Origin: Macrostomum lignano
Taxonomy: Eukaryota
Reading direction: 5' to 3'
NCBI GenBank assembly: GCA_002269645.1
Contig: NIVC01001924.1
Location: forward strand, 1-64,000
DNA length: 64,000 bases
Position 1 is the stretch's first letter. Each line of letters opens with the position of its first letter. Both the position numbers and the translations under genes were made by a program. Below, in pieces: positions 12,217-41,488 of this stretch. A model generated the notes under the pieces. That model saw only the letters and a program-made list of their open reading frames with translations, made no database searches and was not told the DNA's origin.

Positions 12217-13412
12217 ACTTCAGAAATATATTTAAATATAATGTACATGCAAATTACACTACATTTACTGTGTGATTATGAATGTATAAAATCGATGAGT
12301 CGGAAATCTGATCAAGATCTTACACGCATGGGAAAATTTTAGCCGGATCGAGATGTGGAGAAAATCTAATTATTTTTCGATGTTATATTATATTAACACT
12401 GTTACAAAGTTCTCAGTGAAAAGTTTAGTAGCAGCGAAAGGAGTTTTTGTGCTGATTGATAATGTCAAAATCGATCCGGTTCGGATTTCAACATGCATGC
12501 CGTACTGCATGTACGAGCTTCATGATCGTGCACGCATGTAATTAAAATGCGAAAATACATATGAATTCGCTCTGTACAGTACATGTACATATGTATATTG
12601 AATTACATTTTGATCATGATACTTGTTGCAAGCTAGAATACTACATGTGTATAAGCAAATCATAGCGACTTTTTGTTTATGTAGACCCTTTATGTGTAAA
12701 TGTAAATTATTTTACATGTGCATGTATAATTCTCATAGTCAATTCTCGCATTATCACGCAAATATCTGTTAGTGCGATATCGCAATATCTACAAACTATC
12801 ACTATGTCATTAAAATTGGTACATGTGTACATGTGTATGTGTATGTAATGTATGTGATGTATATGTCACCCCATGTGTATATTTGCACGGACTTACACGG
12901 ACTGCACTATGTAATTTTGAATGGCTTTTGGGTTCTCATGTTCTGTTGTGGAATTTCTACACCATTCTTATTATTATACTAACCTGAGTGAGCTAAATTC
13001 AAGATAATTTACCCTCTGAACTTGTGATCAAAATTGGAGCTAAGAAAATATTGTAACACCAGCAATATGGGTTCAAGTAGGTATGATGTTCAGCGTTTTA
13101 TAATTAATTGTATAAATGTTATTCTGTATCTGTAAAGGCTTTTTAAAATAAACATACATAATTTTTCTCAAAAATATTACCGTTTTATCTTTAATTTTAC
13201 AACAAAAAACTCGGCAACATTTGTTAATCTTTCTGCTCAATGCTTCAATTGAAACGAAGAATGTTTGACTTGCATATTTCTGCATGCTTTTATATTTTTA
13301 AATTTACAGCTTTTACTTAAAGCTGTTTGTTTTTGTTGCTGACTTATAAAAATAGAATTAGCATACTTGAATAGAATTTACTGCCTGCTTTGATTGTATT
13401 AAACCTATCACT

Positions 13413-16400
13413 ATGCCATCGATCGATGACTTGATTCGCGAGTTGTCACGAAGTTTTGAACTTCTTTCGGATGGTGAGGCCACAAGGTTCCAGCGGAAAA
13501 AGTCTTTAGAAACAATTTGGACAAAATCGAAGGAACACTTTAGCAGCCTCGCATCTGATCGCGACGCTCAACAAGAACAGACGCAGCAATTTCTATCGTA
13601 TTCTACAAAGTTTTTGGCCAGTAGCTTCTCAGACCAGACGGAGTTGATCCGGGAGAAATCCATTGATATTGTGACCTACTTTGTACAGAATACTGAAGAA
13701 CTTCCACAAGCAGTGTGCACCACCATTGTAAACATTCTCGTTGGCCGTCTGGGCCAGAATCAAAAAGATGTTGTCGAGCCATCCGAGGAACTTCGGCTGA
13801 AGATGTCAATCTTACTTGATGCACTAATCAACAAGCTGCAGAAGAATTCGCACCTGTACTTGTCAGAATTTACCCAGGTGATTGTCCAGATTCTTGACGA
13901 CGCCTTTCACGAGGTTAAAAAGCAAGCTTGCAACACACTAAGTAACCTGGCTAAGCTGACTGAAGGCTATTTTCACCCATTCACGGAGAAATTCATTAAG
14001 CCCTTGCTACATAATATTGCTCATCAGCATTCAAGAGTGAGAAAGGATGTCATCAGAACTGTTGGTGATGTCATCCAGTATGGATCTGGAAAGCATGTTG
14101 ATGATGTGCTCAGTCATTTGGCTCAAAGATTATTTGATGATTCACCCTTGGTTCGAGAAGAAGTCATTAATGTTGTTGGTACATGGCTTTTAGATTTGCC
14201 TGATCGCTATTCATTTTTCCATAAGTTGATCCCTTTGCTTCTAACTGGACTTTCTGATGAGATTCCATCGATTGTGGAAAAGTCTGAGGCTTTTTGGGAT
14301 GATATTGGTAAGTTTTTCAATTAGAACATTATTAACTAACTTATTTTAAGCATTTTTTAAAGAATTATCTTAAAAAGGCCTTTAAATGAAAATTATTCAG
14401 TTGTTATATAATAGAAGATTTGCACAAGTTAATTATACTGACAAAAAAATCACTTTTTATCATATTTATATGAAATACCTATTTTTTGTTTCTTGGGTTA
14501 TTGACTACTTATATGTTTGATTTATTTTTAATTTCATCCAGCTTATATAAAGAATGAATTGATATACTTTTGGTATTACTTTAATATATAATATATTTAT
14601 GTAAAGATTTTAAGATAAAACTTTTCTATGTATATCTATAGTGTTTATTTAATATAATTCTTGCATTATATATATCTATGCCTACTTTAATTATATATTT
14701 TCTAGTTTTTATTTTGAATGCATTTGATTTTGTATTGTTTTTGTTGGTCTAGGCCTATTATATATTTTAATTATGCTTCTAAGTATAAAAGTAATATTAA
14801 CTATACCTTTCTATCCTGTTAGGTTGATCTATCAAAATTAGAATAAATCAGTCGTCTTAATTTTATATAGGATATAAAATTTTATATTATATAAACATAC
14901 TACTCTTCTTACTACTAACCAGGTGCCAAGTTTGAGGCTGAGAATGAAGAGGACCTAAAAGACAAGCAGGACTTTGCTACCTTGTGTCCAGAGCACTACC
15001 CAGTGCCACCAGCTAAGCGACCAAATCTTGGCTGCAGAACTTTGGTGAATCGCAATCTCTCGAAGGTTAGTGATTACAAGCATAATTAGAAAATTTACAA
15101 CAGAATTACAATCAGCTTTACAACAGAATTTAAACTTGGGGTTGAAATAAGTAATGTAGAAAATAAAGGACTTCTGCTGTAATCTATAGAGCTAGTTGAA
15201 AAATATACCTCACATTCAAGTTAGAAGGGGGCAGAAACCAGCTTCCACGATTGTCAGAGGGGGCGGAAAACCAGCTTCCACAATTGTCAGAGGGGGGCGG
15301 AAAACCTTATTCCACAATTGTCAGAGGGGTGGAAAACCAGGTTCCACGATTGTCAGAGGGGGCAGAAACCAGCTTCCACGATTGTCAGAGGGGGCAGAAA
15401 CCAGCTTCCACGATTGTCAGAGGGGGCGGAAAACCAGCTTCCACGATTGTCAGAGGGGGCGGAAAACCAGGTTCCACGATTGTCAGAGGGGGCGGAAAAC
15501 CAGGTTCCACGATTTTCAGAGGGGGCGGAAAACCAGGTTCCACGATTGTCAGAGGAGGCGGAAAACCAGGTTCCACGATTGTCAGAGGAGGCGGAAAACC
15601 AGGTTCCACGATTGTCAGAGGAGGCGGAAAACTAAGCAATCAGCGCGCCGCCCCCGCCCGCAGATCCTGCCGCCCCTATCCCGCGACCTCACCGACTGGG
15701 TGGCCTCCACCCGGCTGAAGTCCGCCCAGCTGCTGCCGCACCTGATCCTGGCGGCCGAGTCCTACACGACCCAGCACCTGGAGACGCTGGTCACCGCCGC
15801 CTATCGCGCCGCAGCTGACGACGAGGCCGGCGTTCGCCGCGGCGTAGACCAGGCAATCTTCTACGCCAGCCACTTCGCCGAGCCGTCGCTCTGGTGGCGC
15901 CTCGTCGGGCCGCACGTCAAGCGGTCCGCGGACGGCAACCGGCAGCTCGCCAGCGCCCTCCGCGTGCTGACCCGCCTGCTGGCCGGTGCTGAGCCACGCC
16001 TGGCCCGGCCGCTGCTGACCGAGGTGGCCGCCGCTCTGGCCGCCAGCGATGTCGCCTGCGGCGCCTACGGCTTGGATACTAAATGGCGCCTGTTGAAGTG
16101 CTTGGATAGTCTTGTTGGAGTGTGCGACTCTGCGGCAGTTAGTGACTGCGGTTTCATGGGCCTCTTCACCCTGTCACTCTCCCTGTCACTCCACTTGTCA
16201 CTCTCCTTATCATCCATCCTGTCACTCTCCCTGTCACTCCACTTGTCACTCTCCCTATCATCCACCATGTCACTCTCCCTGTCACTCCACTTGTCACTCT
16301 CCTTATCATCCACCCTGTCACTCCCTGTCACTCCACTTGTCACTCTCCTTATCATCCACCCTGTCACTCTCCCTGTCACTCTTCTTGTCACTGTCACTCA

Positions 16401-19191
16401 CCCTCATCTCTGACCCACCCCGTCAAACTATGTGTCACTGTGCCATCCTTCACTCTATCGCAGCCCCAGAGCACTGGCACTGAACCAACACCCGCAGATA
16501 GAGGAGATAGCCGAGCCGGTCTATTACACCATACTGGCCGTGATGACTCTGCCCAACATCAAGGACGATGCCGCTGCTGTTGTTGATCCTTGCGACGGCA
16601 CCCAGCCGCCGCAGCAGGCCCTGCTGACTGAGTGCCGCCAGCTGCTCGGCCGCCTGTCCGAGAGGCTGGGCCTTCCCGACCCCGCCTGCCTCGCTGCGCT
16701 GCATCGGAAGTACTTTGGCACCTGCCTGGCCAGGCTCAAGGTGGGCTGGCGAAGTGGGGATGAGACTGAGAGGGAGACTGAGAGAGGGAGACTGAGAGAG
16801 GGAGACTGAGAGAGGGAGACTGAGAGGGAGAGACTGAGAGAGGGAGACTGAGAGATGGAGACTGAGAGGGAGAGACTGAGAGAGGGAGACTGAGAGGGAG
16901 AGACTGAGAGAGGGAGACTGAGAGAGGGAGACTGAGAGAGGGAGACTGAGAGAGGGAGACTGAGAGGGAGAGACTGAGAGAGGGAGACTGAGAGGGAGAC
17001 TGAGAGAGGAAGACTGAGGGGGGGAGACTAAGAGAGGGAGACTGAGAAGGAGACTGAGAGAGGGAGACTGAGAAGGAGACTGAGAGAGGAAGACTGAGAG
17101 CGGGAGACTGAGAGGGAGACTGAGAGGAAGACTTAGAGGGAGACTGAGGGGGAGACTGAGAGGGGAGACTGAGAGATGGAGACTGAGAGAGGGAGACAGA
17201 GAGGAAGACTTAGGGGAGAGACCTGGCCCAAGGTTAAAATGAAATGATCAACACGCGGTTCCAACCTTATTGCAGCGCACATTCACTGACTGGACCAAGC
17301 ACAGTTATGAGAGGGCCATATTGGACACCCTGTGCTTGGAGGCCGGGCCCGTGGTTGGTGCCCACCTGCCCGACCTCATGGAGGTGTTTCGGGTCTGCCT
17401 GCATGTGGACAAAGATGTGGAACTGCGGCTGAAGCTGTTCCTGCTGCTGGCCAGGCTGTGCGCTAGGAGTGCCGAGACAGTGGACTCTTGTGTGAGTGTC
17501 CTGTGCTTATCTCCTCGGTAGTTTTTTGGTTTTACATTCGGTAGTTTCCCAGTGTTACATTCGGTAGTTTCCCAGTTTTACATTCGGTAGTTTCCAGTGT
17601 TACATTCGGTAGTTTCCCAGTGTTAAATTCGGTAGTTTTCAGTGTTACATTCGGTAGTTTCCCAGTGTTACATTCGGTAGTTTCCCAGTGTTACATTCGG
17701 TAGTTTCCCAGTGTTACATTCGGTAGTTTCCAGTTTTACATTTAGTAGTTTCCCAGTGTTACATTCGGTAGTTTCCCAGTGTTACATTCGGTAGTTTTCC
17801 AGTGTTACATTCGGTAGTTTTTAGTTTTCCAATAAAAACCCTACATCCGCATTGCAGTTTCCAATATCTACATCGGCAGTTTCCCTACCCTACCCCATCC
17901 GCAGGGCCAGCTTCCCGAGCACATCCCGGACATCATCGGGCAGCTCATTCTGCCCAACTGTCGCTGGCGGGCCGGTCGCACGGCCGAAGCGATTCGCCGA
18001 GTAGCCGTCGCCTGTCTGTGGACCCTGCTGTCTGCCCAGTCCACTACCGACTCGGATTCAACGATGTCGGAGTCCTTGAAGCCGGTTCTGGACGAGTTGC
18101 TGACCGCCTTGGGCTCCTTAATGGAGGACGACTCGCAGGAGACGAGGCACCTGGCTAGCCGCTGCCTCGGCAAAGTTCTGGCCACCTCCGGCCCGACCAT
18201 GGACGCCGACAAGGTGCACCAGTTCTACCCGAGCCTGGTCAAGCGCCTGGACGACTCCAGCGATGCTGTGCGGCTGAGCGCCTGCGAAGCCTGGCTGGCC
18301 TGGCTGGGGGTGACAGCTCAGAGCTTCAGGAGCTCACCCGATCTCTATGCCGCTCATCTACAGGTGAGAATGGACTAGGGTGTGAGATTTTGGTGGTTCA
18401 GTGTGAGATTTTGGTGGCTTAGTGTGAGATTTTGGTAGTTCAGTGTGAGATTTCGGTGGTTCAGTGTGAGATTTTGGTGGTTCAGTGTGAGATTTTGGTG
18501 GTTCAGTGTGAGATTTTGGTGGTTCAGTGTGAGATTTTTGTGGTTCAGTGTGAGATTTCGGTGGTTCAGTGTGAGATTTTGGTGGTTCAGTGTGAGATCA
18601 GGGCGTGAGTGAGATTTTGGTGGTTCAGTGTGAGATCAGGGCGTGAGATTTTGGTGGTTCAGTGTGAGATTTTGGTAGTTCATTGTGAGATTTTGGTGAT
18701 TCAGTGTGAGATTTTGGTAGTTCATTGTGAGATTTTGGTGATTCAGTGTGAGATTTTAGTGGTTCAGTGTGAGATTTTGGTGATTCAGTGTGAGATTTTA
18801 GTGGTTCAGTGTGAGATCAGTGTGTGAGATTTTGGTGTTTCAAGTTTAGAACAGGGTGAGATTTTGAAGACAGTTTTGAATCAAGATGAGATTTCGTGAA
18901 TTAGAGCCTGTAGCAGAACAGTGATTGCTGAGTTCTAGGTGCTGAAAAGTTCAAAGGGTTTCCAATCCCATCAAATTGCACTGCAAGGACATCTACCGCG
19001 GACTACTAGTACACCTGGACGATCAGGACTCGCGCATTCGCTCGGCCGTCTACGGCGTCCTGGCCGTTGCCGGGCGGCTGCACAGCCGCCTGCTCGCTGA
19101 GGAGGTGCAGCGGGTGCGGCACAAGCACCGAGACGAGGCCCTGCTGACCCGCCTGCTTGACGAGTGCCAGCGCGACTCTCCCTCTGAATGA
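13413..19191 (+). CDS. DNAAF5: Dynein axonemal assembly factor 5 (HEAT-repeat protein 2), 7 exons, 877 aa
   Basis: Exons 13413-14307, 14923-15065, 15664-16137, 16498-16740, 17276-17491, 17905-18363 and 18988-19191. All introns are GT-AG and phase-compatible (total 2634 nt). Recognised motifs: [59 protein letters not shown]. Confidence 0.88.
15230..15632. repeat. 31-33-bp minisatellite (CCAGSTTCCACGATTGTCAGAGGGGGCGGAAAA), DNAAF5 intron 2
   Basis: Read directly. Confidence 0.95.
16165..16400. repeat. 48-bp CT-rich minisatellite with TGTCACTC subunits, DNAAF5 intron 3
   Basis: Read directly. Confidence 0.9.
16760..17215. repeat. 12/14-bp purine-rich repeat (GAGAGGGAGACT), DNAAF5 intron 4
   Basis: Read directly. 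Confidence 0.95.
17515..17825. repeat. 23/24-bp minisatellite (CATTCGGTAGTTTCCCAGTGTTA), DNAAF5 intron 5
   Basis: Read directly. Confidence 0.95.
18378..18835. repeat. 21-bp minisatellite (GTGAGATTTTGGTGGTTCAGT), DNAAF5 intron 6
   Basis: Read directly. Confidence 0.95.
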
Positions 19192-19739
19192 ATTTGCCTA
19201 TTAACCAACTTGTAATGTCTTCACCTTGGAAACGTTACCCTGACAAGAAACGCTAAAGAGTCATTGCAAACAACTCACGACGTTCCCACAGTGGGTTTTC
19301 TCAGTGAGTTGCAGGGTGCCGCTGGTCCTGGCCACAGACAGCTGTGGCGGCGGGCATTCCGCGGATAGCAGATTGCTGCAGAGCAGGTTGGGTTGGAGGG
19401 TGTTAAGCGACTCTTTGACGACTTTTACCGCAAAATTCGTCGTTTTTAGAGTCGTCTAGAGTTAAGTTACTTCTTTCCTGTTTTACTTGTGTTATCTGCT
19501 CCATCTTTTTTCTCCGTCCATTAAACCCCATGAGCTGTAGTGTGTTTTGCTTTTGTCTGCTATTGTCCCATTTTATTAGCCGTGCTTAATAATACTTATT
19601 GTTATTAATAATAATGATGATTTTCTATCCTTAAACAACTTTAATAAGCTACTGTTGCCTAGCACATCTTGAAAGTTGATCAACAAATGGAGCTTAGCTT
19701 GTGTTATTATATTTAATTTCTTGTTGAAAATTGAGTACT

Positions 19740-20578
19740 TCCATGGATGCCTCATTACAGAATGACTTCCATCACTCATTAGAGAATGACTTCCATCCCT
19801 TATTACACAATGACTTCCATCCCTCATTACAGAATGACTTCCATCACTCATTACAGAATGACTTCCATCCCTCATTACACAATGACTTCCTTCCATCATT
19901 ACAGAATGACTTCCATCCCTGATTACACAATGACTTCCATCCCTCATTACAGAATGACTTCCATCCCTGATTACACAATGACTTCCATCCCTCATTACAG
20001 AATGACTTCCATCCCTGATTACACAATGACTTCCATCCCTGATTACACAGTGACTTCCATCCCTGATTACACAATGACTTCCATCCCTCATTACAGAATG
20101 ACTTCCATCACTCATTACAGAATGACTTCCATCACTCATTACAGAATGACTTCCATCACTCATTACAGAATGACTTCCATCACTCATTACAGAATGACTT
20201 CCATCACTCATTACAGAATGACTTCCATCACTCATTACAGAATGACTTCCATCCCTCATTACAGAATGACTTCCATCACTCATTACAGAATGACTTCCAT
20301 CACTCATTACAGAATGACTTCCATCACTCATTACAGAATAACTTCCATGCCTCATTACAGAATGACTTCCATCACTCATTACAGAATGACTTCCATCATT
20401 CATTACAGAATGACTTCCATCACTCATTACAGAATGACTTCCATCACTCATTACAGAATGACTTCCATCCCTCATTACAGAATGACTTCCATCCCTCATT
20501 ACACAATAACTTCATCCCTCATTACAGAATGACTTCCATCCCTCATTACACAATGACTTCCATCCCTCATTGCAGAAT
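19740..20578. repeat. 24-bp minisatellite (CATTACAGAATGACTTCCATCMCT), intergenic
   Basis: Read directly; 8-aa periodic ORF MTSITHYR. Confidence 0.95.
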
Positions 20579-21428
20579 GCAATCAGTGTTAAAGAATTCA
20601 GTCTTTTTCACCGAAATTTGCAACGATCAACACCAATGCTGTGCTTCTGTTTATCAGCTCTGAACTTTGTATTTATAAATAGAGAAGTTTTATGTTGCAC
20701 AAAACCTGACAAAACAGATCGATACAGGGACTGAGGAGACTCAGCCTCGGCTTGAGTAGCCGTGACAGCTAAAATTAGTGGGTATTTAGAAAAAATATTA
20801 AGGTACCAAGCCTTGAGAAAAATAAAAGAAACACTAACACTACTTATATAGTAGAGCGGAGGCCGTTAAATTTTAGAATTGAACTGGGGGGAGGTGCTGG
20901 AACGGCAGCCTTTGGATGCCAGTAATAATTATCTATCACGCGCCAGAATTTGATTATGTAACGATTTTCAATGAAAACACACCTGGAACCTATTCTCCAA
21001 GTCATGCTACTGTCTAATTTGCACAAGTAGCATAATTGGGATATCCAGTGTAAAAATGTGATAAAGTAAGAAATTACGATTGAATTTATTGCCGCAGGCG
21101 CAGTGACGCAGAGCAAGTAATAAATAAGTTTGCAGCGGTTAGAGTTAGGGGCCCACGGTTAGCAGGTATATACTGCTCTAAATTAATGTACAATACATAT
21201 GCTTGTAACATCAGGTGAAAAAATAGCCACAACTATGGTAAATTCACATATAACAGAATAACTACGCTCGTAGATGTCACATGTCACTCGCATTTGAAGT
21301 TTTGAAAAGTAGAACGTCTTCGCGGTGATGCCACATTTCAAATTTAATTTGGCAGCTAAAATTTCTTCTCCTTTCTTTCTCTTAGGTGCTTATGGGGTTA
21401 CGAATGAACAAGAAGCATTTAACTTAGA

Positions 21429-21665
21429 CAGACGAAACTCAGCCTAGGGGGCAGACTCAATTCGGCTCAGCCAATGAGAGAGCAGTAAGGAGAGAGGTCA
21501 AAGTCAGGCGGACGAAACTCTGCCTAGGGGACAGGCCCAATCTAGCTCAGCCAATGAGAGGGCAGAAAGGAGAGAGGTTAATGTCAGACGGAAATTCAGC
21601 CTAGGGTGGGCGAACTCTAGCTCAGCAAATGAGAGAGCAGTAAAGAGAGAGGTCAGAGTGAGGCG
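21429..21665. repeat. Three diverged ~80-bp tandem copies
   Basis: Units start at about 21429, 21509 and 21589; each has CCTAGG and GCTCAGC(C/A)AATGAGAG. Confidence 0.85.
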
Positions 21666-22471
21666 ATAAGAAAAAGCTAAACTATTTATCGGCCTTGCTG
21701 GGGCGCCACCCCTCTTCTCTCTTATGCTCACTACAGGATTTGGGTTGTTTGGACTGGAGTTTTATTGCAATCTTCAGTCTTGAGTGCATTTTTTGCGAAT
21801 GACTTACGCAAGTATTCTATTATCTGTGATGATGCAACTAATTTTTTACCATAGTTAAAACAAATAAATTTAAATTTAATAATATAAAGATAAAACATTT
21901 CACGCTAAAAAACTCACGGGTTTGCAGGCTAATTAAAAGAAGTAATTGAAAAGAATATGTCTGATTGAAGTAGTTCAACAACAACAAGACTGCTACCACT
22001 AAAACAGGCAAAAAAGAAAACACAAAAAATATGTTTTAGCGAATTTTGTGAAGAAGCAAAGCATTAGAATTCAAAAAAAGATATGAGCATATGAGCTCTG
22101 GTGAAATACAATTTAACAGTAATAATAGTATGCATATAAATAATATAATTTCGAAGAAAAATGATAATTGATAAAAATATAGGGACAATAATTGCGACAC
22201 ATACACTCGTACTACTGCGATATTACCTAAAATAACTAATATAAGTTTGTTCTGGGCTAGTGTGCAACCTAGCTATGCAACACCTAAGCGCATCTATCAT
22301 TATTAATCGCGCAACAATTAAGCATATAATTATCTTGTGAATAAAAATTATAACTTTATTAATTACAGAAACATAGTGAAAATTTATAAAGCCTGACCCA
22401 CAGAAAATCACAATGTTTCTGTTAATCCTTTCAAACATACTTCAGGCAAATATGTCAGAAACAGTTAAAAC

Positions 22472-31339
<8,868 letters not shown>

Positions 31340-32639
31340 TTTGGAATTAAAAACTTGATTAGGAAAAACAAATAGAAAGAGTAAAGTGGTTCTTCCACTT
31401 TATAGATAGAATAACGCTGAAAAATTATTCAGGAAGTCTCGTCAATAGTTTGCGGTGAGAATTTTCCAAGATAAAAAATAACTATTTAAAAAGAAAGTAT
31501 TGTGGTAACAACAACAAAACCTACTAAAACAAATAATAATAAATCTCACTCAAAATATTCAAGATATATAGCCTAATTTATGATTATTTACCATTAACAT
31601 TTTTCTTTAAACAATTAAACTGTACGCTGTACTAATGTTAATATTACACAATAACTAACGCTTACTTACAATTGTAAAGCCTGGGCGCCATCGACGGTCG
31701 AGAACAGCTGGGCGAGATCGTCGGCTCAGTCAAGCATCGATTCAAAGTACTGTATAGCGTGATATATTTACGTTTTCAGTGAATGATTTGTCTAGAAAGC
31801 GTTCGATCTGAGATCGACCACAATTGGCTCAACATGACATACAGATTGATTAAAAAAATTACTGAGCTCAAACCCTCTTCGCCACACAAACTAAATGTGT
31901 GTATGCAGCATTAAGATCTTAGAAAACTTGACAGACTCGGTCAGAAATCACAAGAAATTATCGGAAGACTGGAAAAAGAGTGTACAAATTAAAATGCTTT
32001 TTCGGAGTCATTTTTAGACGCGCCCAAAAATTGTAGCTTATTAACGAATTTTGGCAATGATTCATAGGAACTGTCAAGAAATTTACTGTCAATCACATTG
32101 CATGTACATGCACAAACTTCTAGACACGTACATGTACGTAAACAACTCGTAGTGGAAAAGCAATTGATCACTGCAGTCCTAAAGTTGAGTCTACATAGAA
32201 AATCATATGCATGTAGTGCGAGATTTAATAAATAAAAAAGAGAAAACCCGGCCTAAATGTATAGCCTACTAACGTACAGTATGAGAGGGATCATGCGGTG
32301 ACTTAGAAACGATTCTATGTAGATTGAAAAAGTGCATCAACATCAAAAAGTTTTATTCTAAAGCGACAAACCCAAAATTATTAAAGGTACTCCAGTGTGA
32401 TCCATAAATTGTCAAGCCCCATATACATGCATGTAATTAAAACGAATTCAGTTCTGTCTTATCCGGGCTTTTGTTTGCAAGTTCTAAAACCGACAACTTT
32501 AGAGTTAAAATTTGGTTATTCGTGCAACTATGCTAAGCAATGGTGTGCGACAAGCTAATTAGGGCTATCCTGTTGCCTGTCTTGTAAAAATTAACAATTC
32601 TTTAAAAGAAATTAGAAAGGCCGTTTTTGGAGGCATGAG

Positions 32640-33460
32640 ATATATGCGCTGGGAGGTGGATTTATAATCTTCGATTTGCTGATTACATTGACATCCTGCA
32701 GTAGGTTATAAAGAAAAGACTTTGAGAAAACTGACAGAAGATACGGAGTGGAAATCAGCACGGAGAAGAGCAAAGTGATGATGAGATTAGAATTAAAGAG
32801 GCCAGAGAGGAACACGAAGAATCAGTTGGTGAATGTCACAGTTGGTCGTGTACACTGGGAGCAGGTAAGAAGCAACTTACCTACCTTGGATTAAGAATAG
32901 AAGACAATATGGAAAGTCAGGACATGGAGATTCGGATACGGATTGTGAAGAGCTACATGAGCATGTATACAAATACAAAACTTGGAGAGTAAAAAGCATC
33001 CACATGAAAATAAAATGCTGATGAGATCGGTAGTCATGGTGACTTTAATTCTCTATGCCTATGAGATCTGGACATTGGAGAAGACTGAGAGCTTTCGAGA
33101 TCAAGACCCACAATAAGGACGCTGGGCATTTTCTGGAATTAGAAGAAGACTATAGTGACTAGATTAAAAAAGGAAGTGACTATAAGAATCCTTTCTTGTG
33201 GTGGAAGGCCGCTTTGCGAATCTGATGAAGAGAAAGATATATTAGAAGTTTCTTTGGGCGTTTTGAGAGAAGTGATGAAGAGCTGAAGGCTGTGGTTGAA
33301 TTAGGTGTTGATATATCAGGGACGAAGGTGCTGAGGCATGCAGGCCAAAAGGTGAATGGACAGGATCTGGAGGATTGGAGATGAGATGGTTCATCTGGGT
33401 TGCTGGCTGGACGGCCTTCTATCGAAGGAGGTGTAGAGTCGCTGTCGACAATTGGGTACA
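32640..33460 (+). mobile_element. Degenerate RTE-like non-LTR retrotransposon (RT C-terminal remnant)
   Basis: Broken-frame peptides YGVEISTEKSKVM, YLG, EIRIRI, RSVVMVTL and LYAYEIWTL match RTE-clade RT thumb and post-RT motifs. Many stops and frameshifts; ends approximate. Confidence 0.7.
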
Positions 33461-33589
33461 ACAACGGCTATGTTGGCTGCGAACCTGATCAGGGGCGTCG
33501 CTATGGATTTTATCGTGGGGGAACAAAGCCAAGAGTTCAACATGTACATGTACATGAATAAATTCTTATATACACATGTCCAATATTTT

Positions 33590-33740
33590 CAGAATCGGTG
33601 TTGTCAGCGCTCATTTTGGCGCCACAAGCACTGCTCATTTTGGCGCCACAGGCACTAATTTTGATGCCGCAGGCACTCATTTTGGCGCCACAAGCACTGC
33701 TCATTTTGGCGCCTAAGGCGCTATATTTTGGCTATTTTGG
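33590..33740. repeat. Short array (about 6 units) of the CACTCATTTTGGCGCCACAAG family, reverse complement of the OMA1 intron-1 satellite
   Basis: Unit and flank match 53990-56150 in the opposite orientation. Confidence 0.85.
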
Positions 33741-34406
33741 CACCCTGAATAAAAATTTTTGATTTCCACAACGGGTCACAAGGTAAGGTGGGGGGGACAG
33801 GCATTGGCATGTCAATGCTGTGCCAGCCCCATGGCACAGACAGTGTACATGTTAGAAAGTCAAAGGGCCGCTGTACACCAATGTTGCCGAAGTCACTACG
33901 CCAGGATGTCCCCTACAGCTATAAGCGATGAAGTGTTATATAAATACAGTAGTTGATTTTCACTTTTGTCTCAAGTTGAATTCCAACAAGAATTGGAAAG
34001 TCGGCACAGTTTCGCTGCCAGATACCACTATTGGGCTGGCAATGCAAGTATGATAATTATTTGAATAAAGGGTTCTATTTTGTGCTACACAAACGATCTC
34101 ATTCAAACAAGCTGAAGTTCTTTATAACAATGAATTCTATCATTTCTAAAGAAAAATCTAGTTACAGTGTGCATGTATTCACAAAAACACATTCCGATTG
34201 GTTTACTTAAGAGTAGAACATGCTTGATTCACGATCGCTCTAATGAACGCCTGCTAGCTGAAATAAAGGCACAATATTTCTGAAAAAATGATTCATGCGT
34301 GGAAAAATGAATGATTCACGTTCTTACTGTACTACTGTTAGTAGAGCTGCAGGTCTCAGTTCAATAATGGAGCGGTCACAGTTTATTAGCAACCAAGCGG
34401 TGCACA

Positions 34407-40993
<6,587 letters not shown>

Positions 40994-41488
40994 TCCAGGC
41001 TCGTTCGCTGCAGAACAATCTTAGGGAGCTGTTCGATCACGTGTAGTGACACAACAATTCATATTATTGGCTTAGTTAACATCCAGTTTTTTAGTTTAAA
41101 TTTACAGTTCCAATTCTGCTTACATGCACCTACTGGTGTTGATCGTTCTGACTTTTAACTCCTGGATGCAAGAAGTTCAGCAGGAGCCTAATTAGTTATA
41201 CATGTAACATGTAGAAAATTGTCTCTGGAAAATTTATTAAAGCAACTATCATAAAATTTAAAGTATATCACAGTAGCTGTGCCGCAGTAATTGTACTTAC
41301 GATTTTTATTGACTAAATGATCTTTAATTTTATCTGTCAGTGTATCCGTTTCATAAAATCGCAGTAGTAGAATTCCCGGCATGCTACTACATGTGCAGCA
41401 GGAAGTGTGTGATTTACCACCGTTTAAATGTAACTGCATACGTTCATGCATTCACTTTTCTCTCGGACTTGCAGGCTCTGGGCCTTAC

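Noticed and set aside
21505-21520. GGACGAAAC resembling a hammerhead ribozyme core (also GACGAAAC on the minus strand near 46230)
   Set aside because: No CTGANGA partner and no stem II pairing; the core is incomplete.
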